From an uncultured Candidatus Peribacteria bacterium (GTDB taxonomy: Bacteria; Patescibacteriota; Gracilibacteria; UBA1369), in assembly GCA_964582265.1 (NCBI GenBank), contig CAZOQT010000005.1:1-50554 (forward strand): a stretch of DNA of 50,554 nucleotides, in the 5' to 3' direction. Made by a program: the position numbers and the translations under genes. The notes beneath the pieces were generated by a model. The model had not been told where the DNA came from. It saw only the letters and a program-made list of their open reading frames with translations, and searched no databases. This document shows positions 1 through 9,911 of this stretch, in pieces (position 1 is the stretch's first letter; the number at the start of each line of letters is the position of its first letter).

Positions 1-918
1 GATGAAGACAAACCAATTATTCTTGAATCAATCACCTTCCCAGAACCAGTTATCCAGATTGCGATTGAGCCAAAAACTAAAGCGGATCAAGAAAAAATGG
101 GCATCGCTCTACAAAAACTTTCAGAAGAAGATCCAACCTTCCAGGTTAAATCTAACGAAGAAACCGGACAAACTCTTATTGCCGGTATGGGAGAACTTCA
201 CCTTGATATCATTGTTGATCGTATGCGCCGTGAATTTAAGGTTGAGGCTAACATCGGTCGTCCACAAGTAGCTTACCGTGAAACTATTCAAAAAGAAGTT
301 GAAGCAGAAGAGAAATACGTTAAGCAGTCAGGTGGTCGTGGTCAATATGGTCACGTTTTGATCCGTGTTATTCCAAATGAGCCAGGTAAAGGTTACGAAT
401 TCGTTAACAAGATCGTTGGTGGTAAAATTCCTCGTGAATTCATTCCAGCTGTAGATAAAGGTATTAAAGAAGCCCTAACACGTGGTATTTTGGCTGGATA
501 CCCAGTAGTAGACGTTAAAATTGAACTCTATGATGGTTCTTACCATGATGTGGATTCAAACGAACTTGCGTTTAAGATTGCCGGATCTCTCGCCTTCCAA
601 AAAGGTGCAAAATCAGCTTCCCCTGTTATTCTTGAGCCAATCATGAAAGTAGAAGTAACTTCTCCGGAAGAATTCTTTGGTGACGTTATGGGTAACTTAA
701 GCTCACGCCGTGGCCAAATTTACGAAACTTCTAACCGCGGTATGGCCAAGGTCATTCATGCTTACGTTCCACTTTCAGAAATGTTTGGTTACGCTACAGA
801 CCTACGCTCCATGACTCAGGGCCGCGCTGCTTACACTATGGAATTTGATCATTACGAAAAAGTTCCACAGAACGTAGCGGAAAAGATCATTGCCGAAAGA
901 ACCGCAGGAAAAGCCTAA
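1..918 (+). CDS. fusA: Elongation factor G, C-terminal part (5' end cut by window edge)
   Basis: Frame 1 is open from nt 1 ([34 protein letters not shown]...) and runs into ORF 97..918. EF-G domain III-V motifs are present ([36 protein letters not shown]). str-operon context. Confidence 0.95.
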   Translation, partial: DEDKPIILESITFPEPVIQIAIEPKTKADQEKMGIALQKLSEEDPTFQVKSNEETGQTLIAGMGELHLDIIVDRMRREFKVEANIGRPQVAYRETIQKEVEAEEKYVKQSGGRGQYGHVLIRVIPNEPGKGYEFVNKIVGGKIPREFIPAVDKGIKEALTRGILAGYPVVDVKIELYDGSYHDVDSNELAFKIAGSLAFQKGAKSASPVILEPIMKVEVTSPEEFFGDVMGNLSSRRGQIYETSNRGMAKVIHAYVPLSEMFGYATDLRSMTQGRAAYTMEFDHYEKVPQNVAEKIIAERTAGKA

Positions 919-930
919 ATCACACCCACT

Positions 931-965
931 AAAAACTCCGGACCAACCCCCGGAGTTTTTTATTT
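931..965 (+). terminator. Intrinsic terminator after fusA
   Basis: AAAAACTCCGG-accaaccc-CCGGAGTTTTTTATTTT: GC stem followed by a T-run, 13 nt after the fusA stop. Confidence 0.8.
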
Positions 966-1080
966 TCTTACACAAACTAAGACAAACCACATTTTAGCAT
1001 GATGGCAACTTAATCCGGTAATGAAATGAAATTATTCCATTATAAAAACTGGAATAAAATTTTATTTAATTATCAAAATC

Positions 1081-1467
1081 ATGCCAGAAAAGATTCAAAC
1101 TGATGACACTCCTTCTTTACAGGAATTAATCCATAAGCGTCTTAACCCACAACCAGAAGTAGCGGATTCATCCAGCGCAAGACAAGTGGAAATTCTAAAA
1201 ATTATGCAAAGAATAATCGCTGCGCACCACGCCGCCATTGATGATGAACAGTACCAGGAAATTACCGCGGAAGATATAATTTGGATTAGCGATAATCAAA
1301 CAACAAAAGGCAAACCAACTCCACCACCTCTTCCTAAAAAACAGGCAATAAGCACACCTCCACCATCTGGCGTGCGTTTATCAAAAAACAGGCTGGAAAA
1401 TATCTCTTCAGGCAAATCCACCCCAGATAACGATTTTGAAACAGATTCAGATAGAGCTTCAGCATAA
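1081..1467 (+). CDS. Hypothetical protein with proline-rich segment (PTPPPLPKK...STPPPSG)
   Basis: 128-aa ORF in host-like composition. No family recognised. Confidence 0.5.
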   Translation: MPEKIQTDDTPSLQELIHKRLNPQPEVADSSSARQVEILKIMQRIIAAHHAAIDDEQYQEITAEDIIWISDNQTTKGKPTPPPLPKKQAISTPPPSGVRLSKNRLENISSGKSTPDNDFETDSDRASA

Positions 1468-1494
1468 TACAATTTGAAAACGCACAAAAAAGAA

Positions 1495-1523
1495 TTGTCC
1501 TTCTTTTAAGATGTCTCTATAAT
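1495..1523 (+). promoter_or_regulatory. Sigma70-like promoter (TTGTCC-N17-TATAAT)
   Basis: Hexamers read directly at 1495-1500 and 1518-1523, about 40 nt upstream of the ORF at 1564. Confidence 0.5.
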
Positions 1524-1563
1524 TCCGTCGATCTTTATTGCTAGCTGAGTCAACTTTCGAATT

Positions 1564-1800
1564 ATGAAATTCCTAATCGCTCTCAAAAATTTCTGGATTA
1601 AAATCGGCGAAATTCTTGGAAACATTATTGGCCCAATTCTATTAGGCATCATCTATTTAATTATAATTGGCCCACTTTGGCTTATTTCAAAAATCGCCAA
1701 GAAAGACTTTTTAGCTGAACGCAGCAAGTCCGATTCTTATTGGAACAACGCCCATAAAGAAAATATCGACACACTTGAAGAATTACAATTACCATTTTAA
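1564..1800 (+). CDS. Small membrane protein, SxtJ-like
   Basis: 78 aa. The pattern FW.K.G..LG.I..PILLGIIYL.I.GP......K.AKKDFL.....DSYW matches my recollection of the C-terminal half of SxtJ-family proteins. Lies directly upstream of a carbamoyltransferase, as in the usual SxtJ neighbourhood. Confidence 0.55.
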   Translation: MKFLIALKNFWIKIGEILGNIIGPILLGIIYLIIIGPLWLISKIAKKDFLAERSKSDSYWNNAHKENIDTLEELQLPF

Positions 1801-1809
1801 ATATTTAGT

Positions 1810-3612
1810 ATGTACGTTTTAGGGGTATCCTGTTTTTATCATGATGCTGCTGCCGCAATTTTAAAAGACGGAAAAATAATCGCCGCCAGCGAAGAAGAAA
1901 GATTCACACGCAAAAAGCACGACAACGGCTTTCCAACTAACGCTATTGAATTTTGTTTAAAAAAAGCCGGGATTACGGCCACAGATCTGGACAGCGTCAT
2001 CTTTTACGAGAAACCTTTTATAAAATTTGAACGCATTTTATACAACACAATCGCCACGTTTCCAAAGTCATTTTTCTGGTTTATTAAAGCTATTCCCGTG
2101 TGGCTCCAAAAAAAGTTATGGTTTAGTCATTTTCTAAAAAAAGAAATTGGCTACAACGGACCTGTTTATTATGGCGATCACCACATTAGCCACGCAGCCA
2201 GTTCACTTTATTCTTCTGACTTTAGCGAAGCCGCATATTTAACCGCAGACGGCGTTGGCGAATGGGTCACCACCAGCATGGGTTCTTTTAAAAATGGTGA
2301 AATCAAAGTCCTTAAAGAAATCAACTATCCTCATTCACTCGGACTGCTTTACAGCACTTTCACCGCATTCCTTGGATTTGAAGTTAACAATGGCGAATAC
2401 AAAGTAATGGGGCTCGCTTCTTATGGTAAGCCTGAATACAAAGACCTTATCTATAAGCACTTAATTGATGTAAAAGAAGACGGCAGCATTAAATTGAATT
2501 TGGATTATTTTGGCTTTCACTACTCATTTGTAAGCTACAATAAAAAATTCGCCGAACTTTTTGGCGAAACCATTCCTCCGGAAAAAGAGTTTACACAAAA
2601 GGCCGCTAACATCGCAGCCAGCATTCAAAAAGTGACCGAAGAAATCGTCATCAAACAGGCTAATCATCTTTGGAATTTAGCGCCATCAGATAACCTATGC
2701 CTGGCGGGAGGAGTAGCACTGAACTGTGTTGCGAATGCAGAAATTTTAAAACATACCAAATTTAAAAATCTTTATGTACAGCCCGCCGCGGGTGATGCCG
2801 GCGGAGCAGTTGGAGCGGCTTACTTTTTTTGGCAACGCCATTTGGCAAATTTGGCCAAACAAGGCAAACCTATGCCAGCTTACAAACCACAAGACATCTG
2901 GGAAAACGCCTATTACGGCTCAGACGGCAGTGATTACAAAGGCCAACAAATCGACCAATTTCTAAAAGAAAACGAACTTAAATTCACCAAATATCAAACC
3001 CAAAAAGAGCTCACCGAAGCCGTCGCCCAGCTTGTGGCTAAAAACAAAGTCATTGGCTGGTTCCAAGGGCGCCAGGAATTTGGACCAAGAGCGCTGGGAC
3101 ACCGCAGTATTATAGGCAACCCAGCGTGCATAGACATGCAAGAAATTCTGAACCTTAAAATTAAACACCGCGAAAAGTTCCGTCCGTTTGCGCCTTCTGT
3201 ACTGCATGAATCGGCTCGCAAATATTTTGAACTTGGCAATAACGACAGCCCATTCATGCTGCTTATTGCCCCTGTTAAAGAGCAATATCGCGCTAACCTT
3301 CCTGCCATTACCCACGTGGATGGCTCTGCTCGTCTGCAAACTGTAACGCAAAATGCCAATCCCCTTTATCACGCCCTAATTAAACGTGTAGGAGAACTAA
3401 CCGGTTTTGATGTAATCATTAATACTTCTTTTAATATTCGTGGCGAACCGATCGTGCGCACGCCAAAAGAAGCTTTTAACTGCTTTGCCACAACCGATAT
3501 GGACGTTTTGGTTTTAGAAAATTATGTTTTGCACAAAGAAGACCTTGATCAAAGCAAAATCGTAAAAGTCGATCCTAAAAAAATTAAAGAAAAAGGCGTG
3601 GAAATAATTTAG
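1810..3612 (+). CDS. Carbamoyltransferase (NodU/CmcH family)
   Basis: 600 aa. N-terminus LGVSCFYHDAAAAILKDGKIIAASEEERFTRKKHD is typical of Carbam_trans_N. C-terminal HVDGSARLQTV and NTSFNIRGEPIV motifs are present. Confidence 0.9.
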   Translation: MYVLGVSCFYHDAAAAILKDGKIIAASEEERFTRKKHDNGFPTNAIEFCLKKAGITATDLDSVIFYEKPFIKFERILYNTIATFPKSFFWFIKAIPVWLQKKLWFSHFLKKEIGYNGPVYYGDHHISHAASSLYSSDFSEAAYLTADGVGEWVTTSMGSFKNGEIKVLKEINYPHSLGLLYSTFTAFLGFEVNNGEYKVMGLASYGKPEYKDLIYKHLIDVKEDGSIKLNLDYFGFHYSFVSYNKKFAELFGETIPPEKEFTQKAANIAASIQKVTEEIVIKQANHLWNLAPSDNLCLAGGVALNCVANAEILKHTKFKNLYVQPAAGDAGGAVGAAYFFWQRHLANLAKQGKPMPAYKPQDIWENAYYGSDGSDYKGQQIDQFLKENELKFTKYQTQKELTEAVAQLVAKNKVIGWFQGRQEFGPRALGHRSIIGNPACIDMQEILNLKIKHREKFRPFAPSVLHESARKYFELGNNDSPFMLLIAPVKEQYRANLPAITHVDGSARLQTVTQNANPLYHALIKRVGELTGFDVIINTSFNIRGEPIVRTPKEAFNCFATTDMDVLVLENYVLHKEDLDQSKIVKVDPKKIKEKGVEII

Positions 3613-3622
3613 CCAAAACTGG

Positions 3623-4747
3623 ATGAAAACAAAGCTTAAAACCATCATCAAAATCATACTCATCAACATTCTGATTTTGTTTGTCGGAATTTTTTTGATT
3701 TTTTTGAGCTACGAAATTTATCTGCGAAATAAATTAAGCGATCCAAATCAAATCAAAACTGTTATAGATCAACCAATTTATGTTAGCGATCTAGATTTAG
3801 GCTGGTTTCATAAAACCAATTTTGATTTTGATTATTTTGGAGGAAAATCACATTTAAATATTTTTGGCCAACGTAGCGCAGATAATCCAAAAGCCAAAAA
3901 TCGCATCCTTATGCTGGGAGATTCTTTTACTTTTGGTATGAATGTGGCTCAAAATCAAACTATGTCTGCTATTCTTGAAAGCCAGCTCAATCAACAACCA
4001 AACTCCAAAAATGCAGATTGGGACGTACAAAATGCAGGAGTTATTGGCTACTCCATCCGTCAGGAACTAATTTATTTAAAAAGAGAATTTAACAAACTTA
4101 AACCGCAAATTGTAGTTTTAAATGTTTTTGTTGGTAACGATCTAACAGAACAAAGACGCAGTACCGTAACCAGAGACGCACAGGGCTATCCCATTAAAAT
4201 TGAAGATAAAGAAGTGCTGGTTCGTGATGGCATTCTTTCTTCACGAACACCACTCCCCTTTAATAGCCTGGCAATTGCCGATTTAATGCAGCGCTACAAA
4301 ACTTACATGATGAACAAAAACGCTTATCCCGGCTATATTTGGGCGGTTTTTTTGGATAAAGACAATCCACATTACCCATCAGACATGGAAGCGCTATGGC
4401 AAGAATATGAGCAGGATCTTGTCCACATGCAAAAATTTCTCACAGAAAAAAACGTAAAATTTTTGGTAAACATTATTCCCATGGATGTGCAGGTAGATAA
4501 ATCATATTGGACCAAATATCCAAATCGGGTTTTTGGCGATAAAGAATTTGCGCTTGATCTTCCACAAAAACACTTTGAAGAAATTTGCAGCAAAAATAAA
4601 CTAAATTGCCTGGATTTACTTCCAATTCTTCGTAAGAATACGGCACAACAACTCTATTTTATAGCGGCTGACCCACATTTTGACGTTGCTGGAAACAAGG
4701 TTGCAGCCGAAAACATTTATCAACAACTTTTAAATTTCATAAATTAA
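3623..4747 (+). CDS. Membrane-anchored SGNH/GDSL-type hydrolase or acyltransferase-like protein
   Basis: N-terminal TM helix. Block I LMLGDSFTFG, block III VFVGNDL, block V DPHF. Confidence 0.6.
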   Translation: MKTKLKTIIKIILINILILFVGIFLIFLSYEIYLRNKLSDPNQIKTVIDQPIYVSDLDLGWFHKTNFDFDYFGGKSHLNIFGQRSADNPKAKNRILMLGDSFTFGMNVAQNQTMSAILESQLNQQPNSKNADWDVQNAGVIGYSIRQELIYLKREFNKLKPQIVVLNVFVGNDLTEQRRSTVTRDAQGYPIKIEDKEVLVRDGILSSRTPLPFNSLAIADLMQRYKTYMMNKNAYPGYIWAVFLDKDNPHYPSDMEALWQEYEQDLVHMQKFLTEKNVKFLVNIIPMDVQVDKSYWTKYPNRVFGDKEFALDLPQKHFEEICSKNKLNCLDLLPILRKNTAQQLYFIAADPHFDVAGNKVAAENIYQQLLNFIN

Positions 4748-4751
4748 CACT

Positions 4752-4910
4752 ATGAGTCGTTTAAAAAACATTAAGCATCTATTCCAGTTTTTAATGAAGA
4801 GAAAAAGACTTTGGCTTCTACCAATTCTGATTATTCTAGCTTTACTTGGAATTCTGATCATCTTTACCCAGGGCACAGTGTTAGCACCATTTGTTTATAC
4901 TTTATTCTAA
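4752..4910 (+). CDS. 52-aa membrane micro-protein, DUF5989-like (not in ORF track)
   Basis: Hand translation gives MSRLKNIKHLFQFLMKRKRLWLLPILIILALLGILIIFTQGTVLAPFVYTLF*. The K/R-rich head, single TM and ...APF(I/V)YTLF end match the DUF5989 family as I recall it, a family usually found next to carbamoyltransferase genes. Confidence 0.7.
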   Translation: MSRLKNIKHLFQFLMKRKRLWLLPILIILALLGILIIFTQGTVLAPFVYTLF

Positions 4911-4938
4911 AACTTTCTTTAAGCCTGCAAAAAAAAAC

Positions 4939-6249
4939 ATGAAAAAAAAGCCAGAAATCCTAAATATCATCTTGATTGCCACATTTGCTGCCGCACTTTT
5001 TTGGTATTTTTATAAACAGGTATTAGGTGGCGACTACTGGAATTGGCTGATTTTTTCTTTTTATTTAATTCTGTTCGCAGCCTTAATTTTTTCCATCATT
5101 TCCAAGAAAAAAATTGACGGCCTAATAATTTCGATCATCGCAACATGTGTCACTATTATCGCAGTAGATATTCTGATCGTTGCTTTAAAATTCGATCCAT
5201 TCGAAATCAAAATTCGCAAAACAACCGTCCCACAGCTGGGCGTAATTAATGTCCCTAAATTTCACGATACAGTCGATTTCTCTGCTCAAAAAAATGGCGA
5301 TCTTTTGGATATTTATAAAGTAAACCCCAAAAGTCTGCCCGAATTAAACACAAATGAAAGTTATACTTTTAGCTACAATATAGACAAACTCGGCTTTAGG
5401 AATCAGGATGACCGCCAAATTAAAGATGCTCAAATTCTAACAATCGGTGATTCATACACTATCGCTTCCAGCTTACCACTGGATAAAGGTTGGCCGTACC
5501 TGATAGAAAATTTAACGCAAAAAAAAGTATATTCAGCCGCAACCAACCAAATCGTCCCCATAAATTACTTAAGATCTCTTGAGTATTTTGCTCCGCAGCT
5601 CGCCCCAAACACAACCATCTTAATTGGCTTTTTTGAAGGCAACGACTTTGTTGATCTGGACTTTACGCTCCCCCAAAACACACAAAAAAACCTGGCGAAT
5701 TTATTAAGGTATGTGTGGATTAATCGCAACAGCGTAGTCAAGAATCTGGATTCAATCGAAATCCCTCAATTTAAAGTTGGTGACACATCCTGGCCAATTT
5801 TATTTTACAAAGCTTATGTTGATCAGCTTCTGATGGACGAAAACACCTTCACGCAAAGACCACAATTAAAAGAACTAGCCCAAATCCTTGGCAAGATGAA
5901 GGAGATTTGCAATACATATCAACATAACTGCGCAGTTGTATATTTTCCCGACAAGTTTCATGTTTATTTTCCAATTATAAAGAACCAATTTAATTACCAA
6001 AAATACTTCGCACAAATTTTAGGAAGCAGCAGCGATATTTCAACAAATCTTGCAGAGAAAACCATATCTGTACAAGAAAAAACCTTCAAGAAAATGGTGG
6101 AAGCAGCTGGATTAAAATTCATTTCCTTAACTTCCGCCCTCACACAAAAAGCCGCAGACAGCCTACTGTATTGGCCATACGACAGCCACTTAAATGGTCT
6201 TGGAAATCAAACCTCGGCAGAAGAAATTATCAAAGAATTAGAACTCTAA
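4939..6249 (+). CDS. Multi-TM protein with SGNH-like catalytic blocks
   Basis: ATG at 4939 (MKKKPEILN...) is preferred over the TTG at 4891, which overlaps the micro-ORF. Three predicted TM helices, then ILTIGDSYT, GFFEGNDF and YDSHLN blocks. Confidence 0.55.
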   Translation: MKKKPEILNIILIATFAAALFWYFYKQVLGGDYWNWLIFSFYLILFAALIFSIISKKKIDGLIISIIATCVTIIAVDILIVALKFDPFEIKIRKTTVPQLGVINVPKFHDTVDFSAQKNGDLLDIYKVNPKSLPELNTNESYTFSYNIDKLGFRNQDDRQIKDAQILTIGDSYTIASSLPLDKGWPYLIENLTQKKVYSAATNQIVPINYLRSLEYFAPQLAPNTTILIGFFEGNDFVDLDFTLPQNTQKNLANLLRYVWINRNSVVKNLDSIEIPQFKVGDTSWPILFYKAYVDQLLMDENTFTQRPQLKELAQILGKMKEICNTYQHNCAVVYFPDKFHVYFPIIKNQFNYQKYFAQILGSSSDISTNLAEKTISVQEKTFKKMVEAAGLKFISLTSALTQKAADSLLYWPYDSHLNGLGNQTSAEEIIKELEL

Positions 6250-6279
6250 CGTAACCCCCAAAGGCAAGCAAAAATTCTC

Positions 6280-6308
6280 TTGCATTACAGTTTTTTTTCC
6301 GATAATAT
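6280..6308 (+). promoter_or_regulatory. Sigma70-like promoter for tuf (TTGCAT-N17-TAATAT)
   Basis: Hexamers at 6280-6285 and 6303-6308. Followed by a ~100-nt leader with two GC hairpins (CGCTACGC...GCGTGGCG; GCGCA...TGCGC). Confidence 0.55.
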
Positions 6309-6408
6309 CCTTTCGCTACGCACGAAGCAAAGCGTGGCGCGCATTGAAATTTGCGCAGAAATAAGCCAAAATTCACAAATTATTTTAATAACTTTTTAAT
6401 TCTTAAAT

Positions 6409-7593
6409 ATGGCAGACGTATTCCAAAGAACGAAACCACACGTAAATGTGGGAACCATCGGCCACGTAGACCATGGTAAAACAACCTTAACAGCAGCAAT
6501 TACTATGTATTGCGCTCAAAAAGGTATGGCAAAGGCTCGTAGGTATGATGAAATTGATAACGCTCCAGAAGAAAAGGCGCGTGGTATTACAATTGCTACT
6601 TCTCACCAGGAATACGAAACTGACAAACGTCACTATGCTCACGTTGACTGTCCAGGGCATGCCGATTACGTTAAGAACATGATTACTGGTGCCGCTCAGA
6701 TGGATGGCGCTATCCTTGTATGTTCAGCTGCAGATGGTCCGATGCCACAAACTCGTGAACACATTCTTTTGGCTAAGCAGGTGAATGTTCCATACATTGT
6801 AGTATTCATGAACAAGATGGACATGGCTGATCCAGAAATTGCAGAACTTTCTGAAATGGAAGTTCGTGAACTTCTTAAGAAGTACGGCTTTGATGGAGAC
6901 AAAACTCCATTTATTAAAGGCTCTGCTCTTAAGGCTATGGAAAACCCAACTGATCCAGAAGCTACAAAGTGCATCCAGGATCTTCTTGACGCTTTGGATA
7001 GCTACATCCCAGAACCAAAACGTGACTTGGACAAGCCACTTTTGATGCCAGTTGAAGATGTATTCTCAATTAAAGGACGTGGTACAGTAGCTACAGGCCG
7101 TATTGAAGCAGGTATTGTTAAGATCAATGATGAAGTTGAAATTGTTGGTATCGTTCCAACACGCAAGGTAGTTGTAACTGGTGTTGAAATGTTCAAGAAA
7201 TTACTCGATCAAGGTCAAGCTGGTGATAACGTAGGATTACTTCTCCGTGGTATTGAACGCGAAGAAATCGTTCGTGGTCAGGTAATCTGTAAACCAGGTT
7301 CAATCAAACCTCATACTAAATTTGAAGGTGAAGTATATATTTTGACTAAAGAAGAAGGTGGACGTCATACTCCATTCTTCAAGGGTTACAAACCTCAGTT
7401 CTATGTTCGTACAACAGACGTAACTGGTGCTGTAGAACTTCCAGCTGGTGTTGAAATGGTTATGCCAGGTGATAACATCAAGATGGTTGTTACACTTGGA
7501 GCTCCAGTAGCTCTTGATGCAGGAACTCGCTTTGCTATCCGCGAAGGCGGACGCACAGTAGGTTCAGGAGTAGTTACTAAGATCGTTGAGTAA
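6409..7593 (+). CDS. tuf: Elongation factor Tu
   Basis: 394 aa with [18 protein letters not shown] and NKMD motifs. Confidence 0.99.
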   Translation: MADVFQRTKPHVNVGTIGHVDHGKTTLTAAITMYCAQKGMAKARRYDEIDNAPEEKARGITIATSHQEYETDKRHYAHVDCPGHADYVKNMITGAAQMDGAILVCSAADGPMPQTREHILLAKQVNVPYIVVFMNKMDMADPEIAELSEMEVRELLKKYGFDGDKTPFIKGSALKAMENPTDPEATKCIQDLLDALDSYIPEPKRDLDKPLLMPVEDVFSIKGRGTVATGRIEAGIVKINDEVEIVGIVPTRKVVVTGVEMFKKLLDQGQAGDNVGLLLRGIEREEIVRGQVICKPGSIKPHTKFEGEVYILTKEEGGRHTPFFKGYKPQFYVRTTDVTGAVELPAGVEMVMPGDNIKMVVTLGAPVALDAGTRFAIREGGRTVGSGVVTKIVE

Positions 7594-7616
7594 TTCTCTA
7601 CAAACTTAAATGAATA

Positions 7617-7650
7617 TTTTAGGCTCAGCGCATCGCGACTGGGCCTAAAA
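7617..7650 (+). other. Stem-loop downstream of tuf (possible attenuator or processing hairpin)
   Basis: TTTTAGGC-tcagcgcatcgcgactgg-GCCTAAAA with an internal CGC/GCG stem. There is no T-run on the + strand, so it is not a canonical terminator. Confidence 0.4.
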
Positions 7651-7694
7651 TAACTCTCACAGAAATCCCCAAATATTATTAATTCTTTGACAAC

Positions 7695-8018
7695 ATGGCT
7701 AGTAAACAGAAAATCAGAATCAAGATTCAAGCATATGATCACAAGGTAATCGATGACTCCTCAAAACTAATCATCGAAACAGCTGAACGCACTGGTGCAA
7801 TCGTTGCGGGTCCAATCCCACTTCCAACTAAAATTGAGAAGTTTACAGTAAATCGCTCCACTTTCGTTCACAAGAATGCTCGTGATCAGTTCGAAATGAG
7901 AACTCACAAGAGATTGATCGATATTACAGAAAGCACACCAAAGACAATTGATTCGTTAACAAACCTCAGTTTACCAGCCGGAGTTGATATTGAAATTAAA
8001 ATGTTGACAAGCGACTAA
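7695..8018 (+). CDS. rpsJ: 30S ribosomal protein S10
   Basis: 107 aa, [14 protein letters not shown]... Position after tuf. Confidence 0.97.
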   Translation: MASKQKIRIKIQAYDHKVIDDSSKLIIETAERTGAIVAGPIPLPTKIEKFTVNRSTFVHKNARDQFEMRTHKRLIDITESTPKTIDSLTNLSLPAGVDIEIKMLTSD

Positions 8019-8197
8019 AAGAACGCTAAAACTATTACGCCCCTCGCACGGGAACAAAAGTGGAGTGCGAACAAGAAAATACATCAAAACAAGGATATGT
8101 TATATCGGAGAACGGCAGTTCATCCAAGATGAACCAGGAATTTATTCCTAAGCCTACACTCCACCCTCGCCAAAGCGGGGATAACCTCTAAACTACT
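8019..8197 (+). promoter_or_regulatory. Structured 179-nt spacer between rpsJ and rplC (candidate cis-regulatory leader or small RNA)
   Basis: GC-elevated relative to other spacers. Long-range GTGGAGTG (8060-8067) pairs with CACTCCAC (8157-8164). Hairpins GTTCATC-caa-GATGAAC (8118-8134) and AGGAA-ttta-TTCCT (8136-8149). CCCTCGC occurs twice and competes for GCGGGG (8175-8180). Confidence 0.45.
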
Positions 8198-8779
8198 ATG
8201 ACCGGTTTACTCGGAAAAAAATTAGGCATGACGAGAGTCATTCAAGACGACGGCCGCGTGATCCCAATGACAGTGATTAAGTGTGATCCAAATGTTATCA
8301 CTCAAATCAAAACTGTTGAAAAAGATGGATATCCGGCGATAGTCCTGGGTTTTGACGCGTTAAAAAAACCTACAAAGACACGTAAATTCTATTTTCAACG
8401 CGAATTCCGCATTAAGGGTGATGAAAATATGAATAAGGGTGACAAAATTACTGTTGAAATCTTTAAAGAAGGTGAAGACGTTGTAATTACAGGTGTATCA
8501 AAGGGTAAAGGTTTTCAGGGTGTAGTTAAAAGATTCCATATGGCTGGAGGTCCAGCATCTCATGGTTCTCACTTTCACCGCGAACCTGGTTCCGTAGGTG
8601 CACGTGCAAAACCAGGTAAAATCCTTCGTGGTAAGCATTTACCAGGTCACATGGGTCATGAAACTACTACTGTTCGCTCCTCTGTTGTTTACCTGGATCC
8701 TAAGAAAAACCTAATTGGTATTAAGGGTGCAGTTCCAGGAGCTGCAAATACCATGATCACTCTCCGCAAACTAGCGTAA
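8198..8779 (+). CDS. rplC: 50S ribosomal protein L3
   Basis: 193 aa, LLGKKLGMTRV start, FQGVVKR motif, operon order. Confidence 0.95.
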   Translation: MTGLLGKKLGMTRVIQDDGRVIPMTVIKCDPNVITQIKTVEKDGYPAIVLGFDALKKPTKTRKFYFQREFRIKGDENMNKGDKITVEIFKEGEDVVITGVSKGKGFQGVVKRFHMAGGPASHGSHFHREPGSVGARAKPGKILRGKHLPGHMGHETTTVRSSVVYLDPKKNLIGIKGAVPGAANTMITLRKLA

Positions 8780-8789
8780 AACAATCATC

Positions 8790-8808
8790 ATTATTAATTA
8801 CTAATTGA
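8790..8808 (+). repeat. TAATTAY heptad leader motif (upstream of rplD)
   Basis: ATTATTAATTACTAATTGA, ending 6 nt before the GTG start. Confidence 0.7.
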
Positions 8809-8814
8809 ACTACG

Positions 8815-9525
8815 GTGGCAAATATCACTCTCTACAATCAGCAAGGTCAGAAAAAGGGCGAAGTACAAGTTTCAGATACAATCTTTGGTGCTAAATTCAA
8901 CCAAGATCTTATTCACCAAGCTTTAGTTCGTCAATTAGCGAATGCTCGTGTTTCTGTAATTACACACACTTTAACAAAATCAGAAGTAAGTGGTGGTGGC
9001 CGCAAACCATGGAGACAAAAAGGTACAGGCCGCGCTCGTCAAGGTTCTACCAGAAATCCACACTGGAAAGGTGGTGGAGTTGTATTCGGACCAAAGAACA
9101 ATCGCAACTACAAACAAATGATGCCAAAAAAACAAAGACGTTTGGCATTGTTTTCTGCTCTCTCCGCTAAAAACAACGATGGTAAAATCATCGCTCTTGA
9201 TGGCTTTGAATCTCAGGCAATCAAGACTAAAACTTTTGTGGAAATGCTTCACAAGTTGCCAATCGAAAAAGATGTACTCTTTTTGATTCCAGAAAAAAAT
9301 GATCTTATTGCAAAATCTTCAAGAAATCTTCCATTTGTAAAAACTATGTTGGTAAACTACCTTAATATTGCTGATTTACAGCGCTATGACAAGGTAGTCT
9401 TTTTAGAAACAGCCCTCCAGAAAATGGAAAAACTTTTCCTTTCTGGTGAAGAAAAATCAGAAAGCGAATCTGCAGAAACTCCTGTGAAGGCAAAAAAGGT
9501 TGTTAAGAAGGCTTCTAAAAAATAA
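8815..9525 (+). CDS. rplD: 50S ribosomal protein L4
   Basis: 236 aa, GTG start, GGGRKPWRQKGTGRAR motif, K-rich C-terminal tail. Confidence 0.95.
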   Translation: MANITLYNQQGQKKGEVQVSDTIFGAKFNQDLIHQALVRQLANARVSVITHTLTKSEVSGGGRKPWRQKGTGRARQGSTRNPHWKGGGVVFGPKNNRNYKQMMPKKQRRLALFSALSAKNNDGKIIALDGFESQAIKTKTFVEMLHKLPIEKDVLFLIPEKNDLIAKSSRNLPFVKTMLVNYLNIADLQRYDKVVFLETALQKMEKLFLSGEEKSESESAETPVKAKKVVKKASKK

Positions 9526-9553
9526 TTATTCCTAATACCTAATTCTAAAAAAA

Positions 9554-9856
9554 GTGAAAGCATTAAATACAATCATTAAGCCAGTAGTAACCGAAAAAAG
9601 CACCGCTCAAAGTGCAAAACATACTTATGCCTTTTGGGTTAGTCGCAAGGCTACCAAAATTGACGTTAAGAATTCTGTAAAAGAAATTTACGGCGCTGAT
9701 GTGGAAGCAGTTCGCATGATCAATACCGCTCCAAAAACTCGCCAGGTAAAAAGAATGATTGTTGATAAAAAGCCTCCAATGAAAAAAGCTCTTGTTACTC
9801 TTAAGGGAGGCAAAAAGCTCGACGTCACTAAGGTTGGAAAAGAAGCAAAGAAATAA
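9554..9856 (+). CDS. rplW: 50S ribosomal protein L23
   Basis: 100 aa, GTG start, IKPVVTEKS motif, operon order. Confidence 0.93.
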   Translation: MKALNTIIKPVVTEKSTAQSAKHTYAFWVSRKATKIDVKNSVKEIYGADVEAVRMINTAPKTRQVKRMIVDKKPPMKKALVTLKGGKKLDVTKVGKEAKK

Positions 9857-9882
9857 GCCTCAGGCTAACATCAACTAAAAAC

Positions 9883-9910
9883 ATTACTAATAATTATTAA
9901 TATTAATTAC
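9883..9910 (+). repeat. TAATTAY heptad leader motif (upstream of rplB)
   Basis: ATTACTAATAATTATTAATATTAATTAC immediately before the ATG at 9912. Confidence 0.65.
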
Positions 9911-9911
9911 A

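Noticed and set aside
2-271. 89-aa ORF in frame 2 at the window start
   Set aside because: It is an out-of-frame shadow of fusA, whose frame 1 is open from nt 1 and gives a canonical EF-G sequence.
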